Shown: one piece after another, positions 57,600-64,000 of the stretch
How the letters are laid out: each line of letters begins with the position of its first letter
Numbering within the stretch: the stretch's first letter is position 1
Source: an uncultured Rothia sp.
GTDB taxonomy: Bacteria > Actinomycetota > Actinomycetes > Actinomycetales > Micrococcaceae
Reading direction: 5' to 3'
Assembly: GCF_963555405.1 (NCBI RefSeq)
Contig: NZ_CAUVVO010000010.1
Coordinates: 23,213 to 87,212, forward strand
DNA length: 64,000 nucleotides
Made by a program: the position numbers and the translations under genes
The notes under the pieces: generated by a model
What the model was told of the DNA's origin: nothing
Databases searched by the model: none
Seen by the model: only the letters and a program-made list of their open reading frames with translations

Positions 57600-58121
57600 A
57601 TGAGGAAACCCGTGAGCGTCACCATTAAGAACCCCGAAGAGATCACGATTCTTGCCACTGGCGGCACGATCGATAAGTTCTATTCGGTGGCGGGCACCAT
57701 GGATATTGGTGAGCCTGCCGCTAAGGACCTGCTGGACCGCGTGATTACCGATATCCGTTTTGATATTCGCCCGCTGATTGGCAAGGACAGCCTGGACATG
57801 ACCGATGAGGATCGTGCCGAGCTGACCGAGGTGCTGAACGCTGTCACTAACGACCAGGTGCTCATCACTCACGGCACCGACACCATGCCGGAGACCGCCC
57901 GCTACCTGCTGGAGCACGCCGACCTGGGCGATAAGGTTGTGGTGCTGACCGGTGCGATGCAGCCCGCCGTGATGGCTCGTTCGGATGCAGGCTTCAACCT
58001 GGGTGCCGCTATTGCTGCCCTGAACCTGCTGGAGCCGGGTGTGTACATCAGCATGAGCGGCCGTATTTTCCCTGCTGAGAGCGTGCGTAAGGACCGTTCG
58101 CGCGGCATTTTTGAGGGTTAG
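57600..58121 (+). CDS. single-domain asparaginase-like protein
   Basis: ILATGGTIDK, ITHGTDTM and VLTGAMQP match L-asparaginase N-terminal domain motifs. Only 173 aa, with no C-terminal domain. Confidence 0.65.
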   Translation: MRKPVSVTIKNPEEITILATGGTIDKFYSVAGTMDIGEPAAKDLLDRVITDIRFDIRPLIGKDSLDMTDEDRAELTEVLNAVTNDQVLITHGTDTMPETARYLLEHADLGDKVVVLTGAMQPAVMARSDAGFNLGAAIAALNLLEPGVYISMSGRIFPAESVRKDRSRGIFEG

Positions 58122-58122
58122 T

Positions 58123-58812
58123 ATGGCTGATTCCGCTCGTATGCGGAGGGGCGAACCGGTTTCTGCCGCCGAGCTGGCGCCGGTGGCGGGTTCCTCGGAT
58201 CTTGTGCCGCAGGAGCATATGTCCCAAAAGCATATGTCACAGGCACAGCTGATGCAGTTGCAGGCGATGGAGGAGCTGAAGCAGCAGGCTGACGAGTTCT
58301 GGAATGTCGCCAGCGAGTACCCGCTGCCGGCTAAGAACCTGTACCTGGTGCGTGTGCTCCTACTGGTGGTTCCTTCGCTGATTATTGTTTATTACTTCAT
58401 CCGCGTCACGCTTTTCCCGATTGGTGCGGTGCCGCTGGTGTACTTGGTGATGCACATGTGGCTTGCCATGATTTACCGGGCGAATCGTTCGGTGAAGCTG
58501 GTGCTGCTTGCGAATGTGGCATCCGGGGTTGCGGCTGCCATCATGACGGCGTTCTTCACCTATGTACTCGTAACCCTGCACGGCCCGCAGACTCTGCTGG
58601 ACCGTGTGGGCATGTTCTATACGGTGACCCTGCTGACGGTAATGGCTTCCTTCGCGTTGGAGGTCCTGTTCTCGCTGTTCTACAGCTTGGCGGTTCGCAG
58701 GAGCCTGCGCCGTAGCAAGCGGAAGAAGGCGGAGGAAGAGCGCCAGAATGCAGAAGAGCAGAAGGTAGCAGAACCGAACGCGGAGGTTTCGCAGGCGGCG
58801 GAGCAGGGCTAA
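58123..58812 (+). CDS. polytopic membrane protein, array member 1 (divergent)
   Basis: The ATG lies 1 nt after the upstream stop. Four hydrophobic helices and a Lys/Arg/Glu-rich C-terminal tail. Confidence 0.55.
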   Translation: MADSARMRRGEPVSAAELAPVAGSSDLVPQEHMSQKHMSQAQLMQLQAMEELKQQADEFWNVASEYPLPAKNLYLVRVLLLVVPSLIIVYYFIRVTLFPIGAVPLVYLVMHMWLAMIYRANRSVKLVLLANVASGVAAAIMTAFFTYVLVTLHGPQTLLDRVGMFYTVTLLTVMASFALEVLFSLFYSLAVRRSLRRSKRKKAEEERQNAEEQKVAEPNAEVSQAAEQG

Positions 58813-58947
58813 CCTGCGCCTCAACAGGGGCAAGTAATGATGCTGGGCGGCGTTGCCTGCGACGCCCAGCTACTGCTCAGATTCCCTTAAAGTACGCGTG
58901 ATACGGTAGAGACAGAAACACGACCAGCACCTGCCAGGAGGTCACCC

Positions 58948-59751
58948 ATGGGCGCTACACACCTGAACACAGATGCCGCTTCATCCGCAGAACATCCGGA
59001 TGAAGATATCAGTGTGCAGACTCGCTATCAGGCGCCTATTCGCCACGCGACTCCTGCCACTCCGGAGGTGTCCGTTCCGCTGAACGTGCCGCCGGTGGTG
59101 ACTGGTTCGCATCCGGTTATTTCGGCGACTTCTACCGTCATCATTCAGGATGGTACGAACCCGCCGATTGTGGTGCGTACGCACCCGACGGGTCCTCTGC
59201 CGCCGTTCCCCGGGCAGGGTCAGGTTCCCGCTTTTCTGCGCACCTACACCTCTAAAGAGGTGGATGAACGCAAGCAGAAGCTCAGGAAGAACCTCCTGGC
59301 ACGCATGGTTATTCTGTGCATTTTGAGCCTGGTTGAGGGCCTCATTATTTCCCAGTACACGCAGCCGCTGGCGATTTGTTTTGGGTTTGTTGCCGCTCTC
59401 TATTTGGTGGTTCAGATGTGGCCGCTGATGCGCCCTCCCCGCGAGTCGGCGGATGCCTCCGTGTATAGCGTCTGGGCTATCTGCTCGCTGATTGGGTTTG
59501 TTGCGGTGGGTCTGGTGCTTTCACCGATTACGTTCCTGTTGCTGATGCTGGACTGGGCAGGTGTTTCAATGGGCCTTGACCCCCTGCTGATACTTGTCGT
59601 TTTGGGTCTGGTCTGGTTGAGCGAGGTCGGTTTATCGTTGCTGACTATTTACCGCTTCAATAACCTGCGGATTGCGATGGCGAACCAGGCAGGTTCACTG
59701 ACGCTACCCGACACTATTTCCGCGACGGTTGATCCGTCCATTTCTGCCTAA
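58948..59751 (+). CDS. polytopic membrane protein, array member 2 (divergent)
   Basis: Pro-rich N-terminal region followed by four hydrophobic helices. Confidence 0.55.
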   Translation: MGATHLNTDAASSAEHPDEDISVQTRYQAPIRHATPATPEVSVPLNVPPVVTGSHPVISATSTVIIQDGTNPPIVVRTHPTGPLPPFPGQGQVPAFLRTYTSKEVDERKQKLRKNLLARMVILCILSLVEGLIISQYTQPLAICFGFVAALYLVVQMWPLMRPPRESADASVYSVWAICSLIGFVAVGLVLSPITFLLLMLDWAGVSMGLDPLLILVVLGLVWLSEVGLSLLTIYRFNNLRIAMANQAGSLTLPDTISATVDPSISA

Positions 59752-59861
59752 AGTTTTTTGAGGCGGCGCGGTAGACGAACGCCGCGCCGCCACCCACACA
59801 CCACACACTCGCTCATACATCTTCCACACACACTATCAGCCGACATCCGAAAGATTCAGCT

Positions 59862-60455
59862 ATGTCCGCCGTCGAGTCCTCTCCGCCATCCGCTCCGAAC
59901 ACCACCCATCCTACGAAGCCTGCCACCCCGACTCTCGTGTCTGTGGCAGGTTGGGTTCTGCTCGCTATTGCCGTGGGTTGGCTGGTGCTGATTGGGTACA
60001 CGGGTGTCACGTATGCGACGACGCAGCTATCGCATTTTTCGACCTGGCGTGCCCAGTCGCTGGTGGAGGCGCAGGCGTACTATCCGGTGATGTTCTTGCT
60101 GGTGAGCGCCTTCGGTAACGTGACCCTGCACGGCTTCTGCACTGTGGCGTACCTGCGCGGTTACCGTTGGGCGGCGCTGGTGCTGTCGGTGGCGTTGGCG
60201 TTGGGTGTGTTGGCGTCCTTGCTGATTATGCTGGCGGTCGCGGCTCTTCTGGGTACTCTGAATGGTGCGCCGAGCCAGGATGTTGAGCTGCTGCTTAGCA
60301 GCGCTTCGCCGTTGTATACGCCCGTGTATATTGCTGCGCCGTACATGCTGGTGTGTGTGGTGGCGTTGGCGTTGGTGTGGTCGCGTCAGTCGCGTTCGTA
60401 CATGGAGGCGCGCCGTGATTGGCGTCTGCGCCGTAGCGAGGACTACCTGATTTAG
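59862..60455 (+). CDS. 4-TM membrane protein, array member 3
   Basis: Has the motif AYLRGYRWAALVL between helices 2 and 3, and ends LVWSRQSRSY plus a basic tail. Confidence 0.6.
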   Translation: MSAVESSPPSAPNTTHPTKPATPTLVSVAGWVLLAIAVGWLVLIGYTGVTYATTQLSHFSTWRAQSLVEAQAYYPVMFLLVSAFGNVTLHGFCTVAYLRGYRWAALVLSVALALGVLASLLIMLAVAALLGTLNGAPSQDVELLLSSASPLYTPVYIAAPYMLVCVVALALVWSRQSRSYMEARRDWRLRRSEDYLI

Positions 60456-60537
60456 CCCCATAGATTCTAGCCGCGGGTCCACGACGGCCTGCGGTTCACC
60501 GATAACTTTATTCACCCAACCACAGTTAGGATGACTC

Positions 60538-62226
60538 GTGCACCCTACTTCCGAACCTTTGCACGAATCCGCACCGCAGACGAGCCCCGACGTCGCCAAG
60601 CGTACATATGATGAGCGGGCGGCGTTTGAAGAGGCGAAAAGAAACCTCGGCATAGTTGGCGATAAGGAGCAACAATTCGACCGGGGAATGGCGATTCTCG
60701 GTAAAGCGTATTCCATTGCGATGATGCTCATTCTGGTGTACTTCCTCTTGGACGCGTACCAGATTCTCGTAACTGCGGGTCGTAGTTTGAACATCGGCTC
60801 GTTCATTGGCTATGCCGTGCCGAAGATTCTGCCTGACGCCGTCTTTGTGGTGCCGTTCCTCTGGTTCGTTCTGGACTACATCAAGGCAGGGTACGTTAAT
60901 CCGCGCCGCCTGCTGATGCTGTACCTTCTGCTGTGTTCCTTGAGCGGTGTGCTCTCTTTTGCCGGTGTCTTTGGCCTGGCGCAGGTACTTTTCCCTGCAT
61001 TCACTGCTCTGGATCCGGTTTCGTATCCTGCTACCGCCTCGTCTATGGTGTCGCAGGCTCTGGTCGGGGTGATTACGGCGGGTAGTGCCGTTCTCCTGTT
61101 TTTGCTGACTCGCCCGGCTGTGGGCGTGGTCCCGAGCCCCACGGCGATTCGGAAGCAGATGCAGATCATCAAGGACAGCATGGCGGATGATGAGGAAGAG
61201 CCGACCCGTGAGGATGTTCTTCGCCAGCTCGAGGAAGACGAGGGCCCGGTTAAGGACTCTACCGAGCAGCTGCTGCGTGAGCTTTCCGCCGATTATGCGT
61301 TGTCGAAGGACCCGGCGGAGAAGAACCGCCTGCTGGCTGAGATACAGCAGGTTCAGCGCGCCCAGAAGGCGGGTGTAGAGCCTAACTTCGACGGCGCGTC
61401 CGCTGGCGGGCATAATAAGCCTAATAAGGAGGCGCACGAGGGCACGGAGGCGACTGCCGCCTCCACCGTGCCTGCCGCCCCTAATGTGGTGCTCCCGCCG
61501 CGCCCGAAGACGCTCCGCGGCGTCATGTGGTGCGCTACAGCCATTATTGTTCTGTCCGCAACCCAACGTATCTATGTATCTATCCATAACGAGGTCCCAG
61601 ACCGCGTTATGGAAAATATGCCGGGCATCATCATTTCAGGCATATTTGCTACCTTCATCTTCTCTCTCATACCGATTTTCATCCTTCGCCGGTTGTGGAA
61701 GGGCCGTAGATGGGCGTACTTCCTCACCCTCTTCGGTAGTGCTTTTGCGGTTTTTGTTGGGGCGCTGAGTTTACAATCTTTCATCTCGGCTGATTATTTC
61801 TCCAGGTTGGCGGATGAGTCGTTGACTTCAAGGCCCCGAGACTACGTAGTTTCCATCGTGGTGAGTGACATTATGGGAGCTTTTCTTACGGCCTTCTACC
61901 TTCTGATAGTTGTGCTGCTCATGAGCCGTCCCACCAGGTTGTTTATGGCTACTGCGAGGTTGGCACGGATGGAAGCACGCGAACAGGTGAACGCCGGTGG
62001 CGGTCATATCATTGGTCATCAGAGTGCAGACGCAGAAACGCGTGCTCGCCTGGAAGAAGAGCAGACACGTCGGGAAGAAAAGGAAGCTAACCGACGGGCC
62101 GAAGAAGCGGTCGCTCAGCAGTACAAGACGCCCCGCCGTAGGGCTGACCGGAAGAAGGCCCGTGACGAACAACGCGGCTACAAGGATACTTCCGTGTACA
62201 CCGAGGAAGGTTACCGCCTCAACTAG
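60538..62226 (+). CDS. membrane protein with two tandem 4-TM modules, array member 4
   Basis: The first module ends LLFLLTRPAVG. The second contains RRLWKGRRWAYFL and ends VVLLMSRPTRLF. Charged linker and tail. Confidence 0.6.
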   Translation: MHPTSEPLHESAPQTSPDVAKRTYDERAAFEEAKRNLGIVGDKEQQFDRGMAILGKAYSIAMMLILVYFLLDAYQILVTAGRSLNIGSFIGYAVPKILPDAVFVVPFLWFVLDYIKAGYVNPRRLLMLYLLLCSLSGVLSFAGVFGLAQVLFPAFTALDPVSYPATASSMVSQALVGVITAGSAVLLFLLTRPAVGVVPSPTAIRKQMQIIKDSMADDEEEPTREDVLRQLEEDEGPVKDSTEQLLRELSADYALSKDPAEKNRLLAEIQQVQRAQKAGVEPNFDGASAGGHNKPNKEAHEGTEATAASTVPAAPNVVLPPRPKTLRGVMWCATAIIVLSATQRIYVSIHNEVPDRVMENMPGIIISGIFATFIFSLIPIFILRRLWKGRRWAYFLTLFGSAFAVFVGALSLQSFISADYFSRLADESLTSRPRDYVVSIVVSDIMGAFLTAFYLLIVVLLMSRPTRLFMATARLARMEAREQVNAGGGHIIGHQSADAETRARLEEEQTRREEKEANRRAEEAVAQQYKTPRRRADRKKARDEQRGYKDTSVYTEEGYRLN

Positions 62227-62315
62227 GGCGGTTGCTTACTCATTGAAAGACTCTTCTGCCCCCTGCCTCGCGCGCTGTAGCGCGGGGCAGGGTACGCAGG
62301 GAGAAAGGAACATAG

Positions 62316-63185
62316 ATGTCAGAACGTACACCGAAACAGCCGCTGAATGACGCGGAGTACACGGTTCCCGAGTACAGCGTACTACTGCCCTCCGACGAGG
62401 CTAAAAATAGCACGGCAGAGGGCGATGCCGTCTCCAGCAACGTAGCTTCCGGTAGCGCCGCAGACACTAGCGCGGCAGAGGACAACGCACCCGGCGGCAG
62501 CGTCTCCGAACACGCCAGCACCCCCGAGCAAACCACTACTGGCTACCGGAAGGCGACCACCGGCTACACTGCCGCCTCCGAGCAGGTAATTCCGGAGCGC
62601 CCGAAGGCTATGCGTAGCGTCATGTGGTGCGCTGCTGCCATTATCGTGCTGGGGCCCCTGAGTAATTTTCTGCCGATTCTAAGCCGGTCGTATATCGATT
62701 TTGAGATGGTGGTGAGTGTTCTCTTCTCTGCCCTGGTGGTTACCCTCATCCTCTCCGCCATCCCGATTTTTGTTCTCTGGAAGATCTGGGATGGCCGCGA
62801 GTGGGCGCGCATTCTTACCATCATCTACTGCGCTCTCGCGGCTGCTAGTGGTGTGCTTATTCTTGCGGATAATTTCTCGGGGTTAAGCTCTAGAGCGGCT
62901 GCGGCGTCCAGCCTGGTGCGTATCGTGAGCGGCGTTTTTACTCTCGTTCTTTACCTCCTGATGATTGTGCTGCTGACTCGTCCCGCTGTTAGGACGTACA
63001 CCCAAATCGTTAGCGGGGCACGTGCACTAGAGCACCAGCAGATGATGTCTGAGACGAGACAGGCTGCCGGTCAGGTCCCGGCGGAACTTCGCGAGCTTTT
63101 CGCTGATGACGAGGACGGCGAACGCACCTCAGCAGAGGGAAAAACCCCTCGCCCGCCACACCGTAGCGCTGGATGGGGCACGTAG
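62316..63185 (+). CDS. 4-TM membrane protein, array member 5
   Basis: WKIWDGREWARIL motif, ending IVLLTRPAVRTY. N-terminal head MSERTPKQPLNDAEYTVPEYSVLLPSDEA is shared with member 6. Confidence 0.6.
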   Translation: MSERTPKQPLNDAEYTVPEYSVLLPSDEAKNSTAEGDAVSSNVASGSAADTSAAEDNAPGGSVSEHASTPEQTTTGYRKATTGYTAASEQVIPERPKAMRSVMWCAAAIIVLGPLSNFLPILSRSYIDFEMVVSVLFSALVVTLILSAIPIFVLWKIWDGREWARILTIIYCALAAASGVLILADNFSGLSSRAAAASSLVRIVSGVFTLVLYLLMIVLLTRPAVRTYTQIVSGARALEHQQMMSETRQAAGQVPAELRELFADDEDGERTSAEGKTPRPPHRSAGWGT

Positions 63186-63380
63186 AAAGGCGCAACAACG
63201 TCAGGAGTTCCGAGGCTAGCTCCCGGAATGGTGCACGTGGTGACTCGGGTACCTCTGAATACGCTGAGAAAGGGTATCGCCTTCCTGGGGTGCGGTGCGC
63301 CTCCTTATATCCTTGGGGTAAGACTCTTTAACGCCCGCCCCGTGCACTGTAGCGCGGGGTGGGTGCCAGGGGAGAAAGGA

Positions 63381-64000
63381 ATGACGATGTCAGAACGTAC
63401 CCCGAAGCAACCGTTGAATGACCCGGAGTACACGGTTCCCGAGTACAGTGTGCTGTTGCCCTCCGACGAGGCTGAAAATAGCACGGCAGAGAGTAACGCC
63501 GCCCCCACCAGTACCGCCCCCAGTGGCACTGCAGAGAGTAATGCGGCGGGGGACAGCGCACCCGGCGCCAGCGCCTCCGAGCAAACCACCACCGGCTACC
63601 GGGAGGCGACCGCCGGTTACGCTGTCGCCTCCGAACGTGCGGGTCGGGTACGCCCGAGGGCCCTGCGCAGTGCTAAGCGGTGCATGACCGTCATCATTAT
63701 TCTGTTGCTTTTCAGGAATATTCAAACGTTCATACTCCTTAAGAATCTAACCTCCAGCTTGGGGGCGCTGTCTCTTCTCTTCACGCTGGGCTTCCCTCTC
63801 ATCTTCATTTTTATCCAGGTTTTCCTCTTCTGGAAGACCTGGGAAGGGCACAGATGGGCGCACATACTTATCCTCGTGTGTAGCGCCTACGAGGTCTTGA
63901 GCCGTATGTATTGGTTTGCGCAAGATTTCTTGATGGACTCCCGCTATCTCACCTGGTTGATGGAATATTTGCAGTCCTACGACTCTATGGACCTGGCGAT
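63381..64000 (+). CDS. 4-TM membrane protein, array member 6 (partial, runs off the window)
   Basis: Not in the ORF track because no stop falls inside the window. I translated it by hand with no in-frame stop: MTMSERTPKQPLNDPEYTVPEYSVLLPSDEAENSTAES ... LFWKTWEGHRWAHILILV ... The body is AT-richer than the head. Confidence 0.55.
   Translation, partial: MTMSERTPKQPLNDPEYTVPEYSVLLPSDEAENSTAESNAAPTSTAPSGTAESNAAGDSAPGASASEQTTTGYREATAGYAVASERAGRVRPRALRSAKRCMTVIIILLLFRNIQTFILLKNLTSSLGALSLLFTLGFPLIFIFIQVFLFWKTWEGHRWAHILILVCSAYEVLSRMYWFAQDFLMDSRYLTWLMEYLQSYDSMDLA

Noticed and set aside
1-64000. Looked for CRISPR arrays, rRNA genes, IS elements/transposases, integrases and prophage structural genes.
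   Set aside because: I found no regularly spaced short repeats, no recombinase-like translations in any frame of the ORF track, and no phage capsid/terminase/portal-like proteins. The beta-helix genes resemble tailspikes only in their N-terminal motif and are not in a phage context.

Overview
High-GC actinobacterial chromosome segment. The backbone gene order is dacB-ppa ... tilS-hpt-ftsH-folE-folP-folB-folK-DUF3180-PH-PH-DUF2520-panC-lysS-lsr2-clpC / mutY-disA-radA, which matches the conserved actinobacterial housekeeping block known from Mycobacterium Rv3585-Rv3628. It looks Micrococcales/Rothia-like, but I cannot verify that here. Other backbone genes are xthA, an Mn/Zn-type metal ABC importer with a DtxR-family repressor, an MFS transporter, a 1019-aa SF1 helicase, a FUSC-like exporter, a GT2 plus polysaccharide pyruvyl transferase pair, a DUF47-PiT phosphate transporter operon, and tRNA-Lys(UUU). 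Several visibly AT-richer accessory pieces interrupt this backbone. (1) Three paralogous cassettes each pair a signal-less right-handed beta-helix (pectate-lyase-3-like) protein with a secreted SLH-like protein (1-5.3 kb twice, 19.2-22.6 kb once). The third sits in a ~3.7 kb island bracketed by an 81/84-bp direct duplication of the ppa terminator. (2) A hipBA toxin-antitoxin pair lies next to that island. (3) An Abi_2 abortive-infection gene is inserted between folE and folP. (4) Six consecutive genes after tRNA-Lys (58.1-64 kb) encode repeated 4-TM modules, and two of them share a near-identical promoter-to-N-terminus head fused to divergent membrane bodies. I also predict a discrete promoter + ~135-nt multi-hairpin RNA + intrinsic terminator unit directly upstream of the DUF47-PiT operon (candidate riboswitch or sRNA). 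In addition, there is an operator palindrome inside the metal-transporter promoter, and radA is inverted relative to disA. I saw no CRISPR array, integrase, transposase or rRNA. All calls come from reading the sequence and ORF translations by eye. No database search was run.
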